The notes under the pieces: generated by a model
The model's input: only the letters and a program-made list of their open reading frames with translations
What the model was told of the DNA's origin: nothing
The model's database searches: none
NCBI GenBank assembly: GCA_963768425.1
Contig: CAVYHV010000009.1
Span: 64,001-128,000, forward strand
Origin: Candidatus Bathyarchaeota archaeon
GTDB taxonomy: Archaea > Thermoproteota > Bathyarchaeia > Bathyarchaeales > Bathycorpusculaceae
Direction: 5' to 3'
Length of the DNA stretch: 64,000 nucleotides
In this document: positions 10,496-22,085 of the stretch, in pieces
Position numbering within the stretch: the first letter of the stretch is position 1
Layout: each line of letters starts with the position of its first letter
Translations under genes and position numbers: made by a program

Positions 10496-11448
10496 TTGCA
10501 GAAGGTAACAATAACGGCTCCAGCCCACCTGCACGCAGGCAACTTCGATTTAACAGGCGACCTCGGAAGACTCTACGGGACAGTTGGTTTCGCAATAGAT
10601 CTTCCGCCTTGAAGTTGAGGTTTCCAAGGCGAAAGGAATCAAGGCTGAAGACAAGTCAGCATACAAGTTCGCCAAACGCATGGTTGACAAATTCGCTCTG
10701 GAAGGTGCAGAAGTAAAAATCAAAAAAGAAATCCCACGTTTCGTCGGCGTCGGATTCCACACAACCCTAGCTCTCTCAATCGGCATCGGCTTATCAAAAC
10801 TCTACGATTTGAACCTGACCGTAGAAGACGTCTCCTTGATTCATGGGGAGAGGAACCATAACCGCGATGGGTGTTTACGCCTTCAAAACCGGCGGGTTCA
10901 TCGTGGAAGGCGGCTTCAAAGTTGACAGCCGAACAAAAATGGTGCCCCCCCTCATATTTCACGGAGCGGTACCCAAAAACTGGTTTTTCGTAGTGGCAAT
11001 TCCCAACGAGTCAAGGCAGAAAATTGCTGAGATGAGAGAAAACGAAGACGAAATCCTGGGCAACCTCAAAGTGATGCCCAAAGAGCTGTCCGATGAGCTT
11101 TCAAGGCTCGTTTTAGTCAAGCTTATGCCTGCCTTCGTTGAGAAAGACCTCAAATCCTTCGGCGAAGCCTTGACCGCTTTCAACTCGAAACTGGGGAGAT
11201 TCTGGAGAGACTATCAGGAAGGCACCTACTGCAATCAAGTAGTTGAAGAAGGGATAAAAATCATGCTTAGAAACAGCTCGTTGGCTTGCCAAACCTCTTG
11301 GGGACCGACCCATTACTCCATCGTCAAAGGCAAAGCGGCCGCAGAGAAGCTAGCAGCTGAGCTAAAGCAGTTCCTTGACAAAAGTGGCGGCGGAGAAATC
11401 TACGTTACCCAAGCAAGTAATCATGGAGCTTCAGTTGTGAAGGCTTAA
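10496..11448 (+). CDS. beta-ribofuranosylaminobenzene 5'-phosphate synthase-like GHMP protein, paralog 1 (frameshifted)
   Basis: APAHLHAGNFDLTGDLGRLYG, MGRG, GGFIVEGG, QTSWGPT. Reads across three frames. Confidence 0.8.
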
Positions 11449-11450
11449 GC

Positions 11451-12608
11451 ATGGTTAAAGCTGTTGGGATAGACTCTGGCACTAAAACAATGGATATCTA
11501 CGGCTTCGACGACCAAGATGGCAGTGTACTGGTTGATTTTGCCCTGTCCCGGGAAGAAGTAACCAAGAACCCAAGCCTCGTCATCGACAAGCTCAAAGAA
11601 ATTCAGCATGTTTGCGGCAAGATTGATGCGATTGCAGGACCTGCAGGTTACGGTTTGCCGCTTCAAAGAGCCAAAGACGCAACGTTGGAAGACATCGCTT
11701 TGGCAACTTTCATCACGCAAGCTGACGTCGAACGCAAACTCAAAATCGTCGGTTTAAGGCAACTGATGCAGCTCATGAAGAACACACCGGAACTCAACAT
11801 ATGGTTTACCCCTGCGGTGATTCAGTTGCCAACGGTTCCTGAATACAGAAAAGCCAACCGAGTAGACATGGGCACCAACGACAAAGTTCCAAGCGCCATC
11901 TTAGCTGTGAAAGACCAGGCGCAAAGGCTAAAAATCAGGTACGACCAAACCAACTTGATCGTCGTCGAAATCGGATTCGCGTACACATCGGCGATGGCTG
12001 TAAAGAAACGGTCAAATCGTTGACGCCATGGCTGGAACGGCGGGGTTTCCCTCTTTTCTGGGCATGGGGTTCCTCGACGGCGAACTCGCCTACGGCTTAG
12101 CAAACACGGTGGAAGATTTTTCGAAGCTCACTCTTTTCGCTGGCGGAGCCGCGGCAGTCGCTGGGCTTCGACACATCCAAACCAATCGAAGAATTCCTTC
12201 AAGAGGGCAAAAACAAATGAAAACGTCAAAAGCTGGCTTGGATTTGATGCTTGAATCCGTCGTTAAAGATGTCGCGTCTCTTTTGCCATCAGTCAAACCG
12301 AAGGAAATAATTCTAAGCGGAAGATTTTCAAAGATTCCAGAGTTCTACGCTTTGGTTGGAGGAAAGGCTTGAGACGTTCTTTCAGCGAAATTGGGTCAAA
12401 AATCGACGTGGTCAAGATTGAAGGCAACGCAAAAGTCGCCAAGGGCGCAGCTGAAGGCGCAGCGATATTTGCAAATGGCATAGCGCATGGGAAATACGAG
12501 CCAATTATCGATGTTATGAAGCTTAGGGAAAGCAAAGGCGGAATATTCGACCACGTGTATTTGGATGAAAAAACCAAGAAGGGACTCGAAGCCTTCAAAA
12601 AATATTAG
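11451..12608 (+). CDS. DUF1464-family (ASKHA / butyrate-kinase-like) protein (frameshifted)
   Basis: GIDSGTKTMD, GPAGYGLP, NRVDMGTNDK, VEIGFAYT, GAAEGAAIFANG. Confidence 0.8.
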
Positions 12609-12624
12609 AACGCCATTTTCTAAG

Positions 12625-13400
12625 TTAAACCAGTTTCTTTAAGTCTTGGGGCTTGATTTCTTTGAAGCCTTCGATTTTTTCGCCGCTTCCCGTCATATTA
12701 TAAAACTTGATTTCTCCGTCGGTTTGCTGTGCCAGCCACTCCAGCAGTTCCCTGCTGATTTTCAGCTTTTCCCGTTTCACCTTGAGCGATTTCACTTGTT
12801 GCTTGGAGTACTTCCCTACGGTAGACCCGAAATCCATCCCCGCCAACACAATCACCTTGGCGCCCATTGCTGCCGCAAGAAAAACCGCTCTGTCCCCGTC
12901 CGTGAAACCCAAAAAATTGTAGACGTTGGGGCGAGGCTCTACCTGTGTGCTTCCGATTGCTCGAGAGAACTCGGGAACAAACTGTTTTAGCTGCTCAATG
13001 TTATCGCCGTGCGCATGGATGACTATGATTGAACCCTTCTTCTGCGCGGAGACTATGTCACTTACAACCCCGTCCAAATCGGTTACAATCACGTCTGGGA
13101 CAGCTTCTGCAACATGCAACAACGCCGTTGTCGCGCCGTCAGCCACCACAGTCACAAATTTCTGCAGAACACCCTCGCCCTTGAGCTTGCTTGAGGTTTT
13201 CTTCAAGGGACGGCCCTGCACCGAACACCAAAACGTGACTGATTCGTCACACGCTTTCTAATCTCTGAAGGATCCATGGCTTTCACAGCCAAAAGTTTAC
13301 TTAGCAGATCAGCGGCTTCCTGGTCTTTGGCTTGGTCGTAGCCGAACGTTTCAATAATCCTTTGGTACCACGGCCACCAATCGTTCAATCCAAGTTTCAT
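12625..13400 (-). CDS. mptE: 6-hydroxymethyl-7,8-dihydropterin pyrophosphokinase (DUF115), frameshifted
   Basis: WYQRIIETFGYD..KD..AA, VADGAT, VTDLDG, HAHGDN, GFTDGDRA, GMDF. Confidence 0.85.
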
Positions 13401-13420
13401 GCTAAATCCAGCCATTTTGA

Positions 13421-14397
13421 CTACGAAGTTGTTTTAATATATGCCCCTCTATTGTTCGCGCCCACCCAGAAAACTTGCCCGCCTGATTTTTTCTCCAAGA
13501 AACCCTCCACCTCCAACGAAAGCTTTTCCGCTTGCCTTTTGCCTTCAACAAGCCCGTACACAGTTGGTCCCCATGAACTTTGACCCGCCCCCAAAGCTCC
13601 GTGGTTCAGCATGAATTTGATGCATTCGCTTGACGGGGAACTGGAAAACCTTCCGCCCTGCGCTGATGCAAAGTAGTCGCCGACCAAGTTTTGAATCTGA
13701 GTCAACGCCCCTCCGAAGGTCTTGATGTCTTTCTCTTTTAACGCTGGCAGAAGGGACATCAAAATCAATCGGCTTATTCGCCCAGCCTGCTCCACTTGAC
13801 ATAGGTGGCAGATCTTTGAACGCGTGAGCCTCCGCCTCGCCCGACAAACCGCCCTTAACCTGCGGAATGGCCACAGCAAAAAACCAGTTATCAGGGAAAG
13901 ATGATTGAAAAATCACTGGTGGAAAACCATCCCAAGACGAAAGCGGTTTGTTCTTTTGGCTTTTAACGCCGCCTTCAAGAACAAATCCGCCTTTTTCAAA
14001 AAGTGCAGTTCCAACGCCAGACACGGCTCCTCTTCCCATGGCTTTGGAAAGTTCCAGCGTGGAGGCTTTCGTGTTAAATAGTTTTGCAAGGGCAGTTGCA
14101 GCTGCTAATGCAAGCTGGGTTCCCGAGCCTAACCCGACATGTTGGGGAATAGCCTGCTTTACATTTACTGCTACTTCAGGTTTTAAATCATATTTTTTGA
14201 GGAAAAGCTCAACCCACTGCTTTACTAGTTCGCTTTTTTCCCCTTGGACAATGAAGCGTTGTGATGTTTCAGCTTCAACAATTGCGTTTGGCTGGTTTAT
14301 GGCTACGCCCATGCCGCCGAAGAGCTCGCCCCAAATCGCCTCCTAAATCAATAAGTCCTAAATGAAGCCTAGCCGGAGCCTTAACGTACACCTTCAT
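13421..14397 (-). CDS. mptG: beta-RFA-P synthase, paralog 2 (frameshifted)
   Basis: MKVYVKAPARLHLGLIDL, HVGLGSGTQLAL, GRGAVSGVG, GGFVLEGG, GQSSWGPT. Confidence 0.85.
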
Positions 14398-14587
14398 GAG
14401 CTTAATGCCTGACCCACCCTCAAATCAATAATCCACTGGTATGTAAATTTGAGGGTTCTTAATTACTACAGCTAATACGACGAAATAAAAGTTGCATAAT
14501 TACTGCTTAAAATAACTCTAGTCACCACATTTTTTGGATAACAGGATCCGTATATGTTAGAAATTGGATACCATTTGAGGGAGTGTG

Positions 14588-15668
14588 TCAATTGGTCTTG
14601 GCTTTCTCGTAAGCGTTTGCGACTGCTTCACTTGTCAACACGCCTACCACTTTAGTAGCCGCCTCTTTGTCCACAACAGGCATCAAATCAATTTTTTCTT
14701 TAGACATTATCTTGTAGGCTTCAATGACTGCCTCGTCAGGGTAAGTTGAAATGTTCTTCAGAGGCATCTGTTCAATCCTTATGCTTTCTCGTTGGTCCTT
14801 TGATATCTTAATTATCTCGTTCCACGTTACGATTCCTTGGAAAACGCCGTCCTTTTTCTACGAGCGCATCGTGGTACCTCGACTTAAACATGACTTCGAA
14901 GGCTTCAGAAAGGGTTTGGTCCGGGCGAACAGAACCTATTTCGGATTGCATGACGTCTTTTACACGCACACTTGCCAAAGTTGTCGAGACAATAGTTTGC
15001 TCTGCTTCTTCACTTGCGCCCACGTAAACGAAAACACCAACAACAATGAGCAGGAACTCGCTCGGGAAAACGATTCCAAAAACCGCCATGCCGATGCCCA
15101 AGATTCTGCCTATGTAGCTTGCGTATTTAGTGGCATCAGTGAACTTCATGCGTTCAGCCAGCAGTGCTCGCAGAACTCTGCCGCCGTCCATCGGGAAAGC
15201 TGGAAGCAAATTGAAGGCGCCGAGCAGCAGATTCAGGTACCCCAAATCAAGCAGCAGGTTCCCAGTGGAAATAACCACTGAAGAAGGCGCAAAAATCAGT
15301 TTCACTGGCAAGGCGAAGTTTATTCCGATTAAAGCCGCTCCAAGGATTAGGCTTGTGAAGGGACCCGCAAAAGCCATGCGCCACTCTATTCTAGGGTTTT
15401 CTGGGATTTCCTCTATTTCTGAGACTCCGCCGATTGGATAGAGGATGATTTTGCGGACTTTGATGCCGAATCGTCTTGCAACGATTGAGTGAGCAAGCTC
15501 ATGGAAAAGCACAAAGACAAACAGGAACACGATTAGGATGAAGGAGTAGATTTGGTGGTAGTAGACGGAGAGTCCGAGCACTGCTACTATGAGCAGAACA
15601 AATGTGATGTGCAGTTCAATGGGTATGCTCCATGCGGACCCTATCTTAAAAGACGTCTTCATGGACAA
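14588..15668 (-). CDS. site-2 protease (M50) with CBS domains (frameshift near 14850)
   Basis: HELAH and NLLPAFPMDGGR motifs. The CBS pair continues in another frame to TGA at 14588. Confidence 0.9.
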
Positions 15669-15765
15669 GTTGAAAGCAAAGTCTGCTTTTTAAATATTCG
15701 ATAACTTCACACTTGCAATACGATTATATAATGCTTGGAACTATGGCTATTTTGAGGAAAAGGTT

Positions 15766-16137
15766 TTGTCAGAACTTACTTGGAAAAAGCCTGTTGTCTG
15801 CATTTTTAAGGAGCGCGACGACAACCCGGAGATAGATCCTTTCGTAGTTGTTAAAGCTAGAAAAATCGCAGTGTCTCGAATGGATTGCGGTGGAGTTGAA
15901 GGAAACCTTCAGGATTTTTTCACTTTGATGGGAGACGCCGATTACCTTTCAACAGCGGAGGGCGCAGCGGACCATTATGTCATGTGCTGGTTTGACGACA
16001 CTGAGCCGGACATGACTATGGATTTGCGACGTCTGCGAGGAGTCGCCTTTAAAGGAAAAGTGACGTTTGTCCTAACTGAAAGCGGAAAAAGAACCTACAA
16101 TGCTTTCTTCAAAGCTGAACATGCAAAGCTGAAATAG
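15766..16137 (+). CDS. hypothetical protein
   Basis: Clean 123-aa ORF after a TATA-like box and GAGG. Confidence 0.7.
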   Translation: MSELTWKKPVVCIFKERDDNPEIDPFVVVKARKIAVSRMDCGGVEGNLQDFFTLMGDADYLSTAEGAADHYVMCWFDDTEPDMTMDLRRLRGVAFKGKVTFVLTESGKRTYNAFFKAEHAKLK

Positions 16138-16266
16138 CCAATTACGCTCCAAAGATAAAAAGAGGAAGAACTAAAAACAAAGGCTTTCGAAGGATACGGC
16201 CAGAAAGTCAGGACAATATTCTACGAGTAACTTTTCGAAACAAACTTTTAGGAGGCGATAAATGTT

Positions 16267-16572
16267 ATGAAATCTGTCAAGTTAGCTTCAACAAACGACG
16301 TAAAACCCAATAGCATGATGAGGGTCACAATCAACGACCAGAAAATACTGATTGCAAACGTAAATGGGAGTTACTACGCTATCGGCGACGTCTGCATGCA
16401 CAGAGGCTGCCAACTGTCCAAAGGTGAGCTTAAAGGAGAAACAGTGATTTGCCCCTGCCACGGATCCATTTACGACCTTAAAACAGGGACATTCCTTAAG
16501 GGACCAACAAAGAAAGGCGAGCCCAAGTACGAAGTTAACATCGAAAACAACGACATCATGATTAACCTTTAG
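16267..16572 (+). CDS. Rieske-type [2Fe-2S] ferredoxin
   Basis: CMH...CPCHGS.YDL.TG motifs. Confidence 0.9.
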   Translation: MKSVKLASTNDVKPNSMMRVTINDQKILIANVNGSYYAIGDVCMHRGCQLSKGELKGETVICPCHGSIYDLKTGTFLKGPTKKGEPKYEVNIENNDIMINL

Positions 16573-16696
16573 GAAGGCAATATCGACCTGTAAAAACGAA
16601 CACCGTAAAGTCGGAAACCCTCGAAAATCAGTGTCTTAAAGACACCCCACTTTTCTTCGAGAAATTGTCAATTTGCCGCGACCTTGTTCCCCAATA

Positions 16697-17083
16697 TTAT
16701 CTTTCGATTAGTTCGATAAGTGTTCCATCTGGGTCTTCCACGAAAGCTATTGTCGGTCCGTTTGGTCCAAGCTTGAAGGGTTCGTCAGTGACAGTTACTT
16801 TTTCTTTCCGCATTGAAACAATTGTCTCATTCATGTCTGAGACGGTGAAGCCTAGATGGTCAAACAAGCGCTCTTGATATTCAGGCTGTACAAACTTCTT
16901 TTGATCACGGTAGAAGGTTAACTCAAGCGTGCAGCCTTTGCCATCTGGGTCCTGAAGGAAAACGATTTCGGCATTAGTCTGTTTGATTTCTCGGCGGCTT
17001 GAAACCTTCAACCCAAAAAGCTTGGTGTAAAAATCAATTGATCTCTCTAAATCACTTGAACGGATACTTGTATGAACAAACAT
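16697..17083 (-). CDS. VOC / glyoxalase I family protein
   Basis: HTSIRSSDLERSIDFY, LELT, DHLGF, DPDGTLIELIE. Confidence 0.9.
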   Translation of the reverse strand: MFVHTSIRSSDLERSIDFYTKLFGLKVSSRREIKQTNAEIVFLQDPDGKGCTLELTFYRDQKKFVQPEYQERLFDHLGFTVSDMNETIVSMRKEKVTVTDEPFKLGPNGPTIAFVEDPDGTLIELIER

Positions 17084-17145
17084 GTTTTCATCCCTAACTT
17101 TTCTAACGCACAGTTTGTAATAACCATTGAGTTACCGAAGCTCTC

Positions 17146-17556
17146 TTATTGTTCGTCCAAAATTTTGTTGACCAGTTCGTCCGCCCTCGAAATATACGGG
17201 TTACTTCTTGGAACGTTCACAAAACGTACTTTCTTGAAGCAAGTGCTCAGTTCTCGGGCTTTTTCCCATAGCTTTTTGAGCTCAGAATTTTTTACGCTAT
17301 ATTCGCCATTAAGTTGTTTTCCGACTAGTTCGCTGTCTAGGTTGCAGGTGACTTCTTGGGCTTTAAAGGCTTTGGCGAACTCTAAGGCTGCGATCAACGC
17401 TTTGTATTCTGCCTGGTTGTTGGTTGCGTTGCCGATGAAACAAGAATCTGCTTTGATAATCTGCCCTGCTTCGGCTACAGCGAGGAAAGCTGTGGCTGCT
17501 GGTCCCGGGTTCCCTCTTGCGCCCCCGTCTGAGTAAAGCAGCAAACGTTCAAGCAT
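17146..17556 (-). CDS. rnhA: ribonuclease HI
   Basis: DGGARGNPG, TNNQAEY, DSELV, ADEL. Confidence 0.9.
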   Translation of the reverse strand: MLERLLLYSDGGARGNPGPAATAFLAVAEAGQIIKADSCFIGNATNNQAEYKALIAALEFAKAFKAQEVTCNLDSELVGKQLNGEYSVKNSELKKLWEKARELSTCFKKVRFVNVPRSNPYISRADELVNKILDEQ

Positions 17557-17902
17557 ATGTTTTCGCTTCTTAACAGTTGCTAACAGTGATTCATTATTTA
17601 AATTGTTAAGTCACGTACACTTGCTTTGATTACTTTTTTCTGAAGTAAACTATGGGAAAAACCCTAGGCAAAGTCATCCAAAGACTCTGAAAATGCGAGG
17701 ACAATCGAAAAAGTTGAATCATGCGTCATTTCTTCCAAGAATGATTATCTCGTCTATTCTTTTGCCGAAGTTTATGATTTATGGTAGGCTTGAGAATAAA
17801 CCTAGTTTTCTTAAGATGTATTTTTCTGGGCTTCAAAAAGGCAGTTATCCGTCGGGAAGCTCGGGTTTTTTCACGAAAAAGGGAAAGAATATTTCTTGTC
17901 TG

Positions 17903-18280
17903 TTATTTAAGCGAATCTTTGAGTGCTGAAAAGTACGATAGAACCTGTTCCATCTGCTCTTCAGACATAGCCAGAATGGTCCTTACTGCTTCCTTCTGCT
18001 TTGGCGAAGAAGAAACCCCAATTGTAGCCAACGCATAATCTAGGCTTGTGAAAAGCGGCTCCCACGGGATGTTGACCCGTTTGCCTTTAAGATTGTATAA
18101 AGCAAGAACAAACGCACTGGCTCGGCTTAAGCTGTCCTTGAATGTTTGAAGCGTCCCGCCGATAATCAGCGCGTCATAATCTTTCCCTGAAATAAAGCTT
18201 CGAATTACTCCGTGATTTTGCTCTAAGTTTTTGATTTCGACGAAAAGGTCTTGCTTAAGTTTTGCTTCGGCTTCTGCCAA
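17903..18280 (-). CDS. hypothetical protein
   Basis: 125-aa helical ORF with a GGTGA RBS. Confidence 0.7.
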   Translation of the reverse strand: MAEAEAKLKQDLFVEIKNLEQNHGVIRSFISGKDYDALIIGGTLQTFKDSLSRASAFVLALYNLKGKRVNIPWEPLFTSLDYALATIGVSSSPKQKEAVRTILAMSEEQMEQVLSYFSALKDSLK

Positions 18281-18503
18281 ACATCTTCACCGCTTTCCTG
18301 TAAGCGAAAAACAAGTACATAAGAGTTTTTTACGCCAGCAGCCACTTTTTATTGTTGCTAAACCAGTCGGGCCAATAATCACTGCATTGGCTTAATACGT
18401 TTCCAAAGCAACCATGCTTTGCTCCCTATGCCAAAAAAACAAGGAACACGGCAATAATTAAAAGCAAAAGTCTTAATAGCCAATGCCTCAATGAACAAGT
18501 TTC

Positions 18504-21386
18504 ATGAGCCAAACCAAGGAAATTGAGCAGAAATGGCTAACCAAATGGGAAGCCGCACACGTTTTCGAAGCTGACCCTGACCCTAAGCGTAAGAAGATGA
18601 TGGTGACTTTTCCGTACCCATACATGAATGGTCCTTTGCACGTTGGGCACACTTTTACCGCATCTCGGGTTGACGCTTATGCCCGCTTCAAACGTATGCA
18701 GGGCTTCAATGTGCTTTGGCCTTGGGGTTGGCATTGGACGGGTCAGCCGCTTCTGGGGGCAAGCCAACGGGTCGCAAGGGGCGACGAAGCCTTCATCAAA
18801 GTGCTCCGTGAAGTCGACGGCGTTCCTGAGGAGGAACTGAAAAAGTTCGTCGACCCTCTCTATATGGCGCAGTATTACACCGACGAAGGGCGCAAAGCTG
18901 CGAAGGGCATAGGGTTCAGTGTTGACTGGCGCCGTGAGTTCACCACAGTGTTTCCGACTTACCAGAAGTTTATCGAGTGGCAGTACAAGAACCTCCGCGA
19001 AAAAGGCTACGTTACACAGGGAACGCACCCAGTAGTTTGGTGCCCAAAAGACCAGAGCCCCACAGGAGACCATGACCGACAATCAGGCGAAGGAGTAACA
19101 CCTGAAGAGTACACGCTAATAAAATACGTTCTTGCCACCAATACCTATTTACCGGCGGCAACTTTCCGCCCTGAAACAGTTTACGGCATAACAAATATTT
19201 GGATAAACCCCGATGCAACCTACGTTGAAGCAGACGTCAACGGCGAAAACTGGGTAATCAGCCAAGAAGCCGCGGAAAAACTGAAAGAACAAGAAAAGAA
19301 GGTGCAGGTGAAACGCTCCTTCAAAGGCTCAGAGCTCATCGGCAAAACCTTCCTAAACCCCATCACAAAAGAGACCTTCCCGATTTTGCCAGGATGGTTT
19401 GTCGACCCTAAAACCGCCACAGGCATAGTTTACAGCGTTCCAGCTCACGCACCCTATGATTGGCTAGCGCTTAAGGACCTGCAGGAGAAGCCCGATATTC
19501 TCTCTCAATTCAGAGTAGACCCAGAAGTAGTGAAGAAGATTAAACCCATATCAATCATCAAAGTCGAAGGATTCGGCGATTTCCCAGCCGTTGAAATAGT
19601 GCAGCAGATGGGTATCAAAGACCAGAACGATCCCAAAGCTGACAAAGCCACGAAAGAACTTTACAAGAAAGAGTTCCATGGTGGAGTTTTGAAAGAGAAC
19701 TGTGGGCCTTACGCTGGGAAAACCATTCGGGAAGCCAAAGATGTTTTAATCGCTGATTTCCGATATCTCGGAATCGCCGACTGCATGTATGATTTGCCTG
19801 AGCAAGTAGTTTGCCGCTGCATGACTCCGTGTATTGTAAAGATTCTTAGTGAACAATGGTTCCTCAATTATTCCGATCCACAGTGGAAGATGTTGGCGAA
19901 AGCTGTTGTGGATCAAATGACGGTTTACCCTGAGGCAGCTAAACCATGGTTCTGCACTGTTATCGATTGGCTTAGGGAATGGGCGTGTGCAAGAACAACT
20001 GGGTTCGGAACCCCACTGCCATGGGGGAAAGGTTGGATTATCGAAACGCTTAGTGACAGCACTGTTTATATGGCGTTCTACACCGTAAACAAACATATAA
20101 AACAAAATTGCATAAAGCCTGAGGCTCTAACGCCTGAGGTTTTCGACTACATCTTTTATGGCAAAGGCAACGCCGCACAGCTTGAAGAGGCAGTTGGCAT
20201 AAAAGCTTCTTTGCTTGATTCAATGCGCAGCGAATTTCTCTATTGGTATCCCTTCGACTTAAGAAACTCAGCCAAAGAGCTCGTGCCAAACCATTTGACG
20301 TTCTGTATCTTCCATCATGCCGCTCTTTTCCCGCCTGAGCACTGGCCTAAAGCGATGGGAGTCAACGGCATGCTGATGGTTGAAGGCAAACAGATGCACA
20401 AGAGCAAAGGCAACTTCATAACCATGAAAGGCGCAGTTGAAAAATACGGTGCGGATGCAACACGATGCGCCCTGCTTTTGGGTGCAGAAGGCATGGATGA
20501 TCCTGACTGGCGCGCAGAAAACGTAAGCGATATCAAAACAAAGTTTGAGGCATTCAACGGGTTCGCAAGCGGAATAATATACTCAGCGAAGACTGAAGAA
20601 GGCACTGTGATGGAGCGGTGGTTGCAAAGCAAGCTTCAAAGAAGAATCAAAGAAGTGTCAGTAAGCCTTGAGGAGATGAAAACCCGCACTGCCCTGCAGG
20701 TTGCATTGTTTGAAATTTGGAACGATTTGCGTTGGTATATCCAGCGCAAAGGCAGAGCTGACGCTAAGGAGTTGGTTGGCGTCGTCAAAGTTTGGATCAA
20801 AATGCTTGCACCCTTTGCCCCTTTTATCTGCGAGGAACTTTGGAGTAAAACGGGCGAAGCCTGTTTTGTCAGTGTAGCTCAATGGCCAATTTGCGACGAA
20901 GAGAAAATCGATGTGGCGGCTGAAGAACAAGAGAACCTAATAACCGACATTATGGAAGATACTACCAACATTCTGAAAGCCACCAAAATCACACCTAAAC
21001 GCATATGCTACTACACAACTGCGTCTTGGAAAATTCAGGTTTATCTCAAAATCCTGGAGAAGAGTTTAGCTGGCGAGGTAAAGATCAACGAGTTGATGAA
21101 GGATTTGGCTTCCGACAAGGAATTCAAGCCGCGCATGAAGGAGATTGCTGCGTTGGTGCCGAGAATAGTTAAGGCTTTTACTAGGCTGCCGACGGAACGG
21201 AAAACTAACTTGTCGAAGATTAAGGGGCTTGCTGAGAAGGAAATCTTGGATGAAGCAGTTGGCTTTTTGGAGGAGCGCTTCAAAGCTGCAGTGCAGGTTT
21301 ACGTTGAAACTGACGGGGAACGCTATGATCCTAAGAATCGCGCAATGATGGCTATGCCGAATCAGCCTGCAATATACATCGAGTAA
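18504..21386 (+). CDS. leuS: leucine--tRNA ligase (archaeal type)
   Basis: FPYPYMNGPLHVGH, TFRPET, SVPAHAPYD, KMSKS variant QMHKS. Confidence 0.97.
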   Translation: MSQTKEIEQKWLTKWEAAHVFEADPDPKRKKMMVTFPYPYMNGPLHVGHTFTASRVDAYARFKRMQGFNVLWPWGWHWTGQPLLGASQRVARGDEAFIKVLREVDGVPEEELKKFVDPLYMAQYYTDEGRKAAKGIGFSVDWRREFTTVFPTYQKFIEWQYKNLREKGYVTQGTHPVVWCPKDQSPTGDHDRQSGEGVTPEEYTLIKYVLATNTYLPAATFRPETVYGITNIWINPDATYVEADVNGENWVISQEAAEKLKEQEKKVQVKRSFKGSELIGKTFLNPITKETFPILPGWFVDPKTATGIVYSVPAHAPYDWLALKDLQEKPDILSQFRVDPEVVKKIKPISIIKVEGFGDFPAVEIVQQMGIKDQNDPKADKATKELYKKEFHGGVLKENCGPYAGKTIREAKDVLIADFRYLGIADCMYDLPEQVVCRCMTPCIVKILSEQWFLNYSDPQWKMLAKAVVDQMTVYPEAAKPWFCTVIDWLREWACARTTGFGTPLPWGKGWIIETLSDSTVYMAFYTVNKHIKQNCIKPEALTPEVFDYIFYGKGNAAQLEEAVGIKASLLDSMRSEFLYWYPFDLRNSAKELVPNHLTFCIFHHAALFPPEHWPKAMGVNGMLMVEGKQMHKSKGNFITMKGAVEKYGADATRCALLLGAEGMDDPDWRAENVSDIKTKFEAFNGFASGIIYSAKTEEGTVMERWLQSKLQRRIKEVSVSLEEMKTRTALQVALFEIWNDLRWYIQRKGRADAKELVGVVKVWIKMLAPFAPFICEELWSKTGEACFVSVAQWPICDEEKIDVAAEEQENLITDIMEDTTNILKATKITPKRICYYTTASWKIQVYLKILEKSLAGEVKINELMKDLASDKEFKPRMKEIAALVPRIVKAFTRLPTERKTNLSKIKGLAEKEILDEAVGFLEERFKAAVQVYVETDGERYDPKNRAMMAMPNQPAIYIE

Positions 21387-21452
21387 ACGCGCCGGCTATC
21401 CCATTTAGAAGCGACTCAAAAAGATGGTTCAGTTTGGGATTGAACCCAAAGG

Positions 21453-21851
21453 TTAGCTTTCTGCCTTCGTGGGTTCTTCCCGATTCTTTAGTTTTTCTTC
21501 CAGAAGTAGCAAAAGCTCCTGAGGCTTAACAGGTTTGACCAGGTAAGCGTCTGCTCCTTCGTCAAGCGCCTTAACGCCTGTCTCAAGCGATGGGAACCCA
21601 GTAATCATGATTTTCACAGTGTGTTGGAGCTCTTTTTTGAGTCTCGCAAGCAGGTCTGTGCCATCCATATCTGGAAGCCGGATGTCAACCAACGCTAAAT
21701 CGTAATGACGATTTTCCGCTTTGTCCATGGCTTCCTTGCCTGTTTCCGCGACGTCGATCTCGTAGCCGCTTTTCTGAAGAATACGGGTGAATGTTCGAAG
21801 AATTGATTTATCATCATCAACAACAAGTATGTTTTTTTTAGATCCTGCCAA
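21453..21851 (-). CDS. single-domain response regulator (receiver)
   Basis: ILVVDDD, DIRLPDMDG, T, KP motifs. Confidence 0.92.
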   Translation of the reverse strand: MAGSKKNILVVDDDKSILRTFTRILQKSGYEIDVAETGKEAMDKAENRHYDLALVDIRLPDMDGTDLLARLKKELQHTVKIMITGFPSLETGVKALDEGADAYLVKPVKPQELLLLLEEKLKNREEPTKAES

Positions 21852-22085
21852 TCATTTGCTCCTCCATTTTGACACAGGTGCTCTCTTCAACCCATCTTAA
21901 AGTTGAATGATAAGCCGTCAAGCCAATGCGAGGCAAAACCAAGCCTAAACTTGATTTGACCGACAAAGACTCCGACCCTTTTTTGGGTATGGTAAAAATG
22001 GTTTTCGAGACTAATAAACGCTATCCCGCTACGCAATTTCGACTAAGCGATAAAACTGGGAAACCAAAGCAAAATCGACGTAGGT

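Noticed and set aside
18537-21283. Antisense and alternate-frame ORFs inside leuS (and similar shadows in other genes)
   Set aside because: They overlap a well-supported gene and have no recognisable motifs.
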